Source: Lenisia limosa (Eukaryota > Protista > Breviatea). Taken from it: a DNA stretch of 52,826 nucleotides. Positions 22,514 to 34,700 of this stretch are shown piece by piece. The notes below the pieces were generated by a model that saw nothing but the letters and a program-made list of their open reading frames with translations, had not been told where the DNA came from and searched no databases. Numbering within the stretch: position 1 is the stretch's first letter; each line of letters begins with the position of its first letter. The stretch spans positions 1-52,826 of the forward strand of contig LPNZ01008798.1 in NCBI GenBank assembly GCA_001655205.1, written 5' to 3'. A program made the translations under genes and the position numbers.

Positions 22514-25500
22514 ATGATACGTTTTGGTGTCATCACCGCATTGGTGGTGTTTCTCATCGCAGGAAATGCTAATGGTAGCGTATTTTCTCAATTCTCCGTT
22601 ATTTATTGCTTATAGGATGCGCTCCTGGATATTACTACGTTCCTGAAGTAGGATCTGAGGTAAGAAGGACAGAATAAAGTGACCTGGCCTTGCGTTGATT
22701 TTTCTTTGATATTATTTTTAGGCATCCCAATGCCTTCCTTGCCCTATCGGTACCTTTCAGCCCAATACAAATAATGCGTAAGCTCAGAAAGGAACTGACA
22801 CGACAATGAAATCGCCCTCTTCGCCCTTAACTATGATTCAGGACATCATGTATTGATTGCTACGTCGGCCATTATCAGGACTTGGAGTCTGAAGTAGAGT
22901 GTAAGAAGTGCCCTACTGGCTCCACAACCAATGTTGTTCAGGCCTCACAGCTTTCACAGTGTGAATGCTCCTCTGGTAAGCGGGTAGACAACCTGCTTGT
23001 TGACACAAGGCCTCTTATTACTACTTATCAATTGACCGCCCTTGTTCCTTCTTGAAAGTATCCATCTTTCAAGGCCTGGTTGCATCAATTCTATTTGTGA
23101 ATAAGTGTGGGGTTTCCTTCTGCCAACCTTGAACACTATTACAGGCTACTACCTCACAAATGACGTGTGCGCGTCATGTCCTGTGGGCGGGTACTGCGCC
23201 GGAAAGTCCGTTCTGCCCGTGGCCCTTCCCGGGTACTGGGTTTCCCCTGATGACCCCACTGTGTTTTACTCGGTATGTGGGCTCTTTGTTGGAACACTCC
23301 GGTTTCATTTGATAAAAAACCTACATATTTTTAAGGATTTACCGAGATCAAGCCGTATATGGAGCTTTGTTGCAATAATTGACGATTAGTGCATTCCTGA
23401 TGAGGCGTGCATTGGAGGACCGAGTTCGCCGTGTGCCGATCGCTATGAGGGCCGCATGTGCGGAAGCTGCACTGACAGTCACTATTCCGTTGAGGGCCGC
23501 TGCCTTGGTGGGTTTAACACTTTGCGCATTGAAGTCGCAAAGACCCCGCTTGCATTCACGTTTCAGAGTGTCCCGGAAATGCCAAAATCCAGTCAGCCTT
23601 TTTTGTGCTCATCTACCTCATTGTCGGGCTGATCTGCTTCAAGGCGGCCGGGTCCCCCACCCTGGGCTCTCTGTTCATCATGATTAACTTCTTCCAGGTA
23701 AGGTCACAGTGATGGTCGCCTCACATCACATTTCAGGCCTTGTCAGTGTACCCTCGCCTTGTGGCCGATTTTGACAGCTCAATCAAGACCATGCTTAACG
23801 CCTTTTCAATGGCCAATCTCAACCCTGAGTTTTTCGCCTTCGAGTGCTACGCAGGATTCAAGTGGGTTTCTCATGACACTCTTTTCTGATTTCGTAGTTT
23901 CTCCGAGAGGTGGATGGTTACTGTTGCCCTCCCCCCGCTTTACTTCCTGCTTTACACGTTGTCGTACTGGTGAGTATCCTACTCAGCTTGTTTTTGTTAC
24001 TGTATTAATATTTTTGGACAGACTAACTTGCTATAGGATTCACTGCCTCTTTGTGCGTGACTCTCTGGACCGTCTTGCCTTGAAATGGCAATACAGGCAG
24101 TCATTCTTTGTTGTCTTGTCCCTGTTGTACACGCTGCTAGTCCTGACGACGACGGAGTTTTTCGACTGCACCAAGCAGCCTGACGACACTTATTCGCTTG
24201 ACGCCGCTCCCAGTGTCGAGTGCTACTCCTCAGGTTGCCTCACGATCCTTCTTTTACCGGTCGCTGTTGTTAAACCCTGACATGTATAGAGTGGAATGAT
24301 CTTTTACCGATGTCGCTGATCCCTATGGTCTTCTACGTGATTGGCATTCCAGCCTACAACTTTGGCAACCTTATTTCCCATCGCAGCATTTTCCATGAAG
24401 ACAAGTTCTCTTCAAAATACGGGTATGTCGTAGCTAGCCCTCAAATACCGATGATATCATAGATATCATATGTATGTATATATAATATCATATGATATAC
24501 TATTAGAGTACTTGTATACTTATGCACAAAACTGGACAATTTTTTAAAACAAAACTTCAATTTTCTTTTGATATTGTCTTAGTTACAGATAATTTTTGGG
24601 AGGCAAAGTGTTAATGCAAAGGAGGCTGGGTGACCCTTTTAGATGGCTTTACATGCGTTTCCACCCCTCTTTGTGGTACTGGGAGATTGTTCTCCTAATC
24701 AGAAGAGCTGTTACTGTGGGATTCCTTGTAATGTTTTCCAAGTACGTTATCGGACAGGTTAGTGCGTCATCTCAATTATCAAAGGATATCATTGTTTCTG
24801 CTTTTCTGATTTGCTTAGGTCATTCCACTCTTTGTGACATTCTTTACTCTGATTCTGACACTGCGCTGGCGCCCTTACAGGTGGGTATTCACTGTCTCGA
24901 TTTGATCTCATGTGTCTGCAGGAATTACGCCTCCGATACCCTGGAGTCTTTCATTCTGATGCTCCAATTCATCTGCCAGTTCTGCCTCTTTATTTACCAG
25001 GTTGGGATTGCATCAGTTTTGGATTAACATTTCAGTACCGCGAAACAGACGTATACGAACACGACTCTTCCGACTACCTCACCATTGCCACCATGATTTC
25101 TATAGGCTTCGCCATCATCCTGTCCATCTACTAGTGGGGACTCGGATGTGTTGACCCGCTGGATGACTAATTTAACACCTTAGTTTATTCAAGGAATGGC
25201 GGCAGATGAAGCGCGAAGAGAACGAGGGTGTTTACCTTCATTCAGGCTCGGCCAAGGACCTTCAACCTTTCGCTGTATGCTTCTTGCTATGATAATTTTA
25301 TGTCTAATCGTTCAGCATTCCGAGGATGATGATTACTACGACGCACCCCCTCAGTCGCGCTCAAGGTAGGCGCCTCTTGGTATGGTGACGATGTAGACGG
25401 CCAGTATCATATAGTGACGAGGAAGATGACCGAAGAAGCGGTTCCGATGATGAAGGGCCTCGCAAACGGTGAGCTTGCAAACCAAAGATTGAGTCTTATT

Positions 25501-25644
25501 GTATAATTTGAGTCAGCTTAGTTTCATAATCCTCCAATCCACTACTCTTTACTCTTTTTTAGTAGTCCTCCTCGACAAAGCTCAGGCAGACTTTCCCCTG
25601 CTTTAGAAGAAGAAAATGAAGGGTCCCCCGCGAACAGTGTTTAG
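22514..25644 (+). CDS. Signal-peptide, Cys-rich (GCC2/GCC3-type) ectodomain plus multi-pass (~7 TM) membrane protein with acidic tail
   Basis: MIRFGVITALVVFLIAGNA; CPIGTF and CPVGGYCAGKSVLPVALPGYW; GPLCGSC; LGSLFIMINFFQ; FEC; YSLDAAPSVECYS; WLYMRFHPSLWYWEIVLLIRR. This architecture is typical of protist/algal Cys-rich multi-TM families. Confidence 0.8.
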
Positions 25645-25784
25645 TGATGTATACTGAATTTTTGATATGTAAGTTTTTCCGGTTTCTTGTGGTTGAGGCC
25701 TTGTGCAACAATTACAATACCTTATATTTTAAAGGACAGAAATACTAATAACACAAGAAACAATACAGAGGAGCAGAGAAGACA

Positions 25785-28700
25785 TTAGGATTGAATGCGG
25801 GCCATAACGCGGGTGGCGTACTGTGCTGTCACTCTATCGGGGCTTGAGCTAAGGCGACGAATATGTTCTAAGCGACGGTCCGATCGAAGCGCCACACGCC
25901 CGCTTTCATCCTGCAGGATACTAAGAGAAACAGGACCACCAAACCTCGCAGACAGCCGAGAGGACAGACAAGGCTGATCTTTTTATTGATGCGCTAGGGT
26001 CAGCACAGGCGAAGACCAACCACGCGATACCCTGCATGCTGACAAGGTCGCGACGGAAGCTTTGTTTTGGAACAATTCGGCCGAGAAGGCCGAGAGCCGC
26101 TTCCCGAGCTGGGCTAACAGCAAGGGCTTTCAGCGCCAAGCCAAGACCAATCCGGCCAACCGCAGCTTCACCTGAGAGGTTACGTGCATCACGCATGTCC
26201 GCGCAAACCTGAGGGGCCATGTCCTGCAATGGCGTTGAGAGTGTCCAAGGCTGGCGGAACAATGCTACAGGTTCAGACAGATCAATAGCACACATACCTT
26301 GGTCGCGTCTTGACGTTTATGAGGTTGCACACAACACGCACTGCAGTTGTCCAGCCAACGTTGGGTTCTGGGGCTGGAGGCGAGCTAAGCTGACGAACAA
26401 CCGCCAAGGCTTGGCCAATTTCAGGGTCTGGTCCGTTAGAACAATGCCTCCAAACAAGTATCTCCCCAACCTGGAATATTCTGAGCAACAAGGAAGCCAA
26501 GAGCCGCGTTCAAGTTTGGTACCTCTCCTGTTCCCTCCAAACAGCTAAATAAATAAGCACATAAAACAGTTCCCAGCAAGTTGGTCGAGGTCAAAATGAA
26601 GACATACCTTGATAGTACAGCCCACGCCTCACGAGCCGAAGCTGACTCCAATGTTCCACTGTGTGTGAAAAAGCCGCCAGGGAATCCCGAATCAACAATC
26701 GTAGCTTTGTACCCAATATGCATGAAGGACCAACCTTTCGAGGAGCCGCGTAGCCACTTCGGTGGCACCCTGATGGACTAAGGACGCCCGGGCTTCGGGC
26801 GAACATTGCGACAAAAGACGCATCACTCCAAGGCCAATGTGCGTGGTTCTGAAATGTCACAAAACAGAGCAATTTGAGATTCACAGGCGATTTCATACTG
26901 GGGGTTCCTGTCAGCAGAGGGGGCGAGAACTGACTGTAAAGCAGTGACAAGACCTGGGTTGTGAGTTAAGCAATAAGAACAGCTGAAGGGGATCATACTT
27001 AATAAGAGCCAAGCTAACCATAGTCCAAGGCAATGGCCAAAAAAGTGTTAACGCCGTTTGTGGCCTCCCGAAGGCCAGCAGCCAAAATGTCACATGCCTG
27101 GCTACGTGCTTTCCCGTCCTGGCCATAGAGCGACTCAATAACGTGGTGGATGCCGGCAGCGTCTGAATGTGTTATTGCCCGTCCTGCTACCCGGCTTGGT
27201 CTAGAGTGTAGTCTCCTTTATATTATGAGGTAATATAAGAATGAATTCTACATTTTGCCCTGCACGGGGCGCACCGTCAGCCTGTCCAATGCCAGAGGAG
27301 ACGAAGTTTTCAGACGCGTTGATGTCAGTGCCGGCCTCGGTCTGAAGCGTGAAACTTGACACCTTCATTACCTCATCAAGTGACGTCCGGGCCAAAAGAG
27401 CGAGGGCAGAAAGGGCGCCTTGGCTGTGTGAAGGGATGGCACATGCGACGAGTAGACGCTGTGTGGTGAATCTCTAGTGATGCTGTTGCAAAACTTACAT
27501 GCGAAACAATGGGTAGGCTGTCGGGGGCGTGGGAAAGAACTACAAAGTCAGAACAAGATGACTAATGAACAATAATAATACAGCAAAACATACTAGTGGG
27601 AATGAGGGTGTTGAAGATTGAGAGGACAATGTCAGCATGCTGTGAAGCGGCATGCCAGGCAAGGGCGTCTTTTGGTAGGATATCAAGAATCAAATTCAGT
27701 TCAGACGAACGCATGAGAAGTGTTGAGATGTCTAAAACGTCAATTACCTTGTGTGTTTCTAAATATATTATATTTTCTCTCCCTCCCCCTTTTTTTCATA
27801 TTTTCAAAAAAAAAATCCGAATCCATCTCAAAAAAACCAGACCGTAGGGAACCACAAGTAGCAAGATCATCAAGTACCCCTCCCACTAGGATGCCTTGCC
27901 ATGCAGTTGATGACCGTGACCGCGGCGAGTACCGTATCCGGGTCCGTTAGGCACGCTGCCGTCAACACTGGCCGCACTCCGTTGAGACGGACCAATTCGT
28001 CAAGGGCCGATCCTGGGGGGGGGGGGGGGGNNNNNNNNNNNNNNNNNNNNNNNNNNNNNNNNNNNNNNNNNNNNNNNNNNNNNNNNNNNNNNNNNNNNNN
28101 NNNNNNNNNNNNNNNNNNNNNNNNNNNNNNNNNNNNNNNNNNNNNNNNNNAACAAAAAAACAAGAAATAACAAACTCAAGCAACCAACGCTAAAACTAGA
28201 CAAAAACCAGATGACAAAAACACAAAAACAGAAACAAGCCCGATCCTATCAAATAAGAGGGAACAGGTAACTCGATGCCCCCGAACTGTTGTTGGGGCAA
28301 AGGTTTGCAAGAAGCAGTGCCGCGGCCCTTAGACTGGCAGCAGTGTCGTCGTGACTTGCCATCACCTGAACTGTGAGATCTCTCGATTGGCTTCTTGTTT
28401 CACCCCCCCCCCCCNNNNNNNNNNNNNNNNNNNNNNNNNNNNNNNNNNNNNNNNNNNNNNNNNNNNNNNNNNNNNNNNNNNNNNNNNNNNNNNNNNNNNN
28501 NNNNNNNNNNNNNNNNNNNNNNNNNNNNNNNNNNNNNNNNNNNNNNNNNNNNNNNNNTTGCGCTGCTAAAAAAATGAAACAAAAATACGACCTCACCATC
28601 CAAAGACGCTGAAAGGAGTTTCTGTAAAATGGGGGCCTTTTCGTAAGGGTCTGCAGAGGAGGCTTCTGAAATAAGTTTGTCCGTTGATAGCGATAACGGA

Positions 28701-31700
28701 GCTTGGGACGCTCCTAAAACGTTAGAACCAATAACGTCGGACTACACCCCTCCTCCTCCTTTACCTTGACGTCGGAAAGACGACACTCTGTCAACAGAAG
28801 GGGTGATCAGGGAGTCCTAAAGTAGTCAACAAAGCCAGGACAAGACGAATGTACCTCTTCACCGACTGTGACCGTTTTCGGTGGCGGAAGGTCTCGATCA
28901 TCCTGAAGGGCTTCCTCTGGCGTCTGTCGGGCCATTATGCTCTGAAGCCTTGTCTGAAAGTAAGCAAGGTCATGTTTTACAGCAGACAAGCTTACTTGGA
29001 CGTCTCTCAGCATGTTCCAAGACCATGTCGCGTAACCTGAGGCAACGTAATTGGGTGGGGAGTGTAACACTAGCGGAACCGTCGGCATACCTTCAGGGGT
29101 GTCTGCAGGAACCCGTGAGATCCACGCATGAAGTCCTTCAGAAACGTCAGTCCTGTGATGTGAGACCATTGAGATGGCAAAAACAACAAACCTGAGTTCT
29201 CGCATGCCCTCAGCCAGGCCTCTGACGGTGGTAGTGGCCAACTCGCGCATGAGGTCCAGCTCCCCTCGAAGGCCCTCCACCGTGGCTTCAGCCGCTGAAG
29301 AGAGGTTATAAGGCACGCCGGGAGGCTTACATGCTTTGGTGTCAGCAAGCATTTCAGTTTCCTCCTCCAGTGCAGTGGCATGGTCCTTGAGAATCGCCAA
29401 TTGTGCGTCGAGCTGCAGGGTCAAGAAAGAAAGCAGCGTACCTCCTCCTGCTTGTTCTTTGCAACCTGTGTTGCCTCCTTCGCAGCCTCTGTTTCCATTT
29501 TACTCGCTGAAAGCTCCTCCATTGTCCTGTCGATTTCGGCCTGAAAAGTAAACTTATTTGTGCGAACCGGGCCAACCTGGAGTTCTTCAATACTCTTCCG
29601 CAAAAGGCTTTCCTCGGCCGCGGCAGCTTCGAGACTCGAATGACAGTCGTTAATCGTGGCAACTAGCTGAGTGACCTGCAGTGTTATTTCAAGACCATCA
29701 CCAGCATTTCATACCTCCTTTTCGGACGCCTCCAGTCGGCCCTGCATTTCGGCACGAGCCTCGTCCGCCTAGAGCCGTTAGACAGCGCCTTCCATGGACT
29801 AAGCATACCCCGCAGAGAGAAGCCTCGACCAAGTGTTTCCCCTCCTCGGTTGCTGAGAGTTTGCCGGACAGTCTACCGACCTCTTCGGTGGCGGTGGCGG
29901 CCTTGGTGGAGGCCTTCCGCAGCTCGTCTTCGGTCTAAAGCAGTAAAGCATGAGGAGAATCTTACATGGAGAAGTTTGCCTTCGAGTCGCGATATTTCGG
30001 CTTCCAGAACGGATTTTCTTTCGACTCCATCTTGGACCTGTGCAACGGTAAATCGACAACCCAAATACCAAGACCAATATCCAAAGAGAGCCCTGAAGGA
30101 GCCAACCTTGACTCGGGTATCATCGAGGTCGGCCTGAGCTGCCCTTAAGTCTTCATTGAGCCTTGACTCGGCACGGGCCCTTGTTTCCCTTTCCTGTTGC
30201 AGAGCTCGGTCTGCGGCGGCGGCGTCAAGCTGCCACTTATCACGTGCATCACGCAAGGCTGACAGCTCCTCATTGCGAGACTGGAATATGAATGCCATAC
30301 CCCCCAAGAACGTGGATGAAACAGTACCTTAATTGTGAGTTGCGCTCTGTTCGTTGCCTGGGTCTGAGCCTCAATGCTTTCGTTCTAAAGGGATAATACC
30401 TGTGACAAAATGGCCGCAAAAGTCTGGCCCCAAAACCTTCGAAGCGATTGACGAGAGATGAATGCGGCAGCTAGCCTCCAAATCTTCAACCCTAAAAGTG
30501 GTTAGATCTTCAACCCTAAAAGTGGTCACAACGCATCTTAACACCATGGTCCCCCCCCCCCCCNNNNNNNNNNNNNNNNNNNNNNNNNNNNNNNNNNNNN
30601 NNNNNNNNNNNNNNNNNNNNNNNNNNNNNNNNNNNNNNNNNNNNNNNNNNNNNCTGAGTTTCAAGAGCAAGGATTCGGTCGTCCGAGAGTTTGAGTTTGT
30701 CTGCGGCCGCCTTGACTTGACGCGTCGCTGTGTCGCAACTGGCCTACTACGTCAAACCATCTCAGGATAAACCTAACAAGGTCCCGGCTTACAATGGCTT
30801 CCTTTTTGGCGGCAGTTTCGTTGGAGCAAGCTCGGAGGGCGGCGTCTCTCTCTTCCTCCGCAGCGCTGATCTGAAAGAGTCAATAGACAGCAAAGGTGCC
30901 CACTTCTCTCCTGGCGTTTTCGACAGTCGCATTGATTCTGCTGGTTTCATCTTGGTTATTTCGAAGCGACTCGACCAGCTAAAGTGTGAGGAAATTGAAG
31001 ACACGCCGCAACCTGCTGCTTCTCTCGCATGACGCGCAGTTTGGCATCGTCGGCCGCCTGGCACTCTGCACGGGCTTTGGCAGCCGCAGCAACTGAATAG
31101 TCAACCCCGTCCCAGGAATTAGGCGCTTACTGTGATATTCAGCGTCAGAGGTGAGACGAGCCATTTCATGCTCCATCTCGAGAACCTGGGATATCATTTA
31201 TGAAACATACTAGGCAGGTCAAAGGGTGCTCACTTTAGTTTGGGCTGCGTCAACGGTTTCCTTGGCAGAATTCTGAGCCCGTTGGGCCATTTTGCGCTCT
31301 TCCTCGATCGCTCTTTCCTTTTCTCTGATCTGAGTGTTCAGCCCACGAGCCTCGTTTTGGAGTCGGTCACAAACGGCCTCGGCCTCGACAAGGTTCTCCG
31401 CGGTGCGTGTCCGGGCTTGAACGGCCAAGTCGCGTTCGCGTATTGCGTCTTCAAGTGCGCCCGTCATACTTTCGCGCTCGCGTTGCACCTGGACAAGAGC
31501 CATTGAGATTTCGTCCTTCTCAGCTCGGAGTGAAATAGACTTAGCTTCCGATGCCTGGGCCAATGCCTGTTGGTCTGCAGCTGACAAAGCGTTTGCAGTG
31601 TTGTTGGCGGCCATTTTGTTGAGTTGGCCACGTAGGGACACGACTTCTCTTTCGAGACTGTCACAGCGCTGACTCGCTTGGTCAGCTTGGCGCCGGACAC

Positions 31701-34700
31701 TCTCTTCGTTCTCCATCGCCTCGCGTAGCTGGTCAGCTCGATCCTGCAGCTCGGCTTCAAGCTCAACAATCCGTGCGTTCATTCGCTTATTAGCATCGGC
31801 ATCGAACTGAAGTAGCAAGGTTTGAGCCTCGGTTAAATGGCGGCGGAGGTCTGCCTCGGAGTCACGCACAACCTTAATGTCATTCTCCAGCCGGGCCAGG
31901 GCGTCTTGGTCCGCAGCGGCGACAGCCAAACGATCTTCAAGGGATGTGATCTCTGACTCTCGATTGTGGCTTTTCTCTGTCAGCTTGGACAGAGTTGTTT
32001 TCAGGCAGTCTCTCTCGTCCGTGACTTCGGCAAGTTTGGCGACTACATTCATGACTTCATGGCGACTGGACACTAGTTCCTCGGATGTGGAGGCCAGTTG
32101 ATCACGCTCAGCGCCAAGTTGGGTGTTTTCTTCTTCAAGGTCTCGGATTTGGGTGTCCATAAGGGTGCTGCGTTCTTCAGCAAACTCTGCTCGTTCCTCT
32201 GCAGCACTCACTCCAACCTGCAGTCCTTCAATTTCCTAAATCATTGAGAGATAAATTCAAAACGCCACAATATCAGCCAGTTGCCCACCTGCTCTAGGGC
32301 AACGATCCTGTTGGCAAGGGCAGACATCTCGAGGACGCTGGACTCGTTTCGATGAAGTGACTGCGAAAGAGCTGCTGAGGATTCGGCCAACTCAATGTCA
32401 CGTGACCGAAGTCGCTGCAAAAGAGAGTCCCGGTCGGTGGCTTGCATTGTGGACTGCGATAGCTGAACGTCATGGTCCGAGAGGGCTTGGGCGGCCCGAG
32501 CCTCGGCACCTGAACCGTCAATGCTGTAAAAAACATGGATGATATCCTTGGGACAATAAATAACCAATCCCTCGGGGGAGGGGGGAGGGGAGTCGTACCG
32601 AGTAAAGCGGTTTGGATGATGGCGCACTCCTCTTGGCGAGACTTCGCCAGTGCATTAACAGAGGTCAATTCTCCCTTCACTGATTCCAGCTCCTCCGTTG
32701 TCTCCGCCAGCGTTTGCTCCAACTAAAATAGTTATAAAAGAACTTGACCATTCTCTCTTGAGCCCCTCCTCTAACCTCGTCAATTGTAGCTGTCAAAACG
32801 TTGAGTTCCTCACATGCGTCATCCAACTTATCACGAGCCTCAGTTTGAAGATCTGCGGCTTGTACCTGTAAGTCGTGCTCGTGGGACTGCGCGGCTACCT
32901 CTAGGGCTATCGCTTTCTTCTCAGCAAGCTCCAGCTGCGGGAACAATTATATATACAATATATGATATGTAAAAGATTATATAGAGAAAACAAAGCTCCA
33001 TTTTCCGAGCCAGGTGTAAAGCAAGAATACAACAATGAAAAGCTGTGTCAATGTATCAACAACCCTCCTACCCTGGCGCTCAGTGCTGATTTGACAGACT
33101 CGAAGTTGGCAGACTCGTCAACAATAGAGGCGAGCTTGGCCTCCAAAGCATCGTTGTCCTCCTGGGCGGCATCAAGCTCTTTGCTCAGAAGCTCAATTTG
33201 CCGGGAATGCAACGAGCAGTTGCGTACAGCCTCTTCAAGAACAATAATTCTGCCCTGGGCGACTGTTAACTGGTTCCAGGCCGCGGTAGCCTCGTAGTTT
33301 ATTGCTGGTTCGGGCGCGGGACTGCTCGGAAGTGGCTCGGTTAGGGGATGGCTGGGTACGACGGGTGATGATGTCATTGACGCAGCGCCGAACTGGGACA
33401 TATGCAAGAGTGGAATGTCCACTCCGAGTCTCTCAGCCATTTCCTTGACCAGACCGTCAACCTTGGCTTCGAGGAAATCGCGGACCGTTTCTGCCATTTT
33501 CAGCTTCTTGGTTGCTTCCGCTGCCTCAGCACGAGCCTCGTCCAGCTCAAGCTTAGTGGTGATGGCCAGAATGTCGGCCTGCTCTCTTGCAGATTGGGCG
33601 GTTTCAAGTTCTGAAGCGGCCACTTCCGCCTGAGTCTTCTGCTCTGCCAACTCAGCCTCCAGCGGCTCGATACGTGACAGAATCAGCTCAGCAACCTCGG
33701 CTGGGAGCTGCAGCTCGAACGGCAACTCTCCATGTGACGTCAGCGCTATTGTCTGCGAAGGGTCGGTGTTGGTGCTGGCCTCAACTTGTTCAGCAGAAGC
33801 CGCCAGTAGGGACTCCGTCATTGCCTGGAGTTCGGCAACTGCGTGTTGAAGGTCGGCTTGCTCTGCCTTCAGCGTTTCAATGTTGAGATTGGAATTCTCA
33901 AGCTCGACATTGAGCTCAACAACTTTGGCGATGGCAGTGTCCCGCTCTTCTTCAGCACGGACACATCCCTGTGTATGCATTTCCACCTCTTGCATTAAGT
34001 CCTTGACGCGCTCTTCGTTTGCCTTGGCTTGATCCTCCAGCAAGTTGTGCAGGTTCTTCTCAACAACGGCGATGCTGTCGGATGCCTGCTGGCCAGAAGT
34101 CTGCCGCAAACCTTCACTCACAACCTCGTGCTCCGACTTAAGGGCTGCGAGTTCGGCTATGTGCCTCTGCTGTTCGCCTTCCATCTGCTTGCGCAACATT
34201 ATCACGTCGTCCTTGCTTCGGGCTCGGATTTCTTCAATTTCAGCAGCGTGGTGGGCCTTTGTGTCCTCCAAGCGGGCTGTGTAGAGTTCGGCGGCTTGCG
34301 CGGACGCAGCTTCAATGCGAGCAACATGGCGGTCCAGTTCCTGACGGTGCCGGTCGTCAAGATCAGCTCGTAGCCGGTCCTCCTTATCACGAAGGTCTTC
34401 CAGCATGGACGCGCGCAACGCCTCTCGCTCGGCGTGCAGCTCCTCACGAAGAGCAGTCATTTCGAGCATGTGGTCGCGAAGCTGCCGCTCAACTGCTGCG
34501 GCACGGGTCTTTTCCCCTTCAATTTCCTTTGACATCAACTCGTGGTTATGGGTTTCAGAGATTTCAGTCAATTTGGCCACGTGTCTGGCTTCAAGAGCCA
34601 CAAGATCCGCCTCGCCCTTTGCTAGGAGGGCTTCTTCCAGCTCCTTCATTGACTGGTCCAACTTGAGCTGATGGGCTGAGGCGGCGGCGGAAGCAAGGTG

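Noticed and set aside
30489-30521. CCCTAAA telomere-like heptamers
   Set aside because: Only two copies, both produced by the 24-bp duplication of a splice acceptor (TTTTAG|GG).
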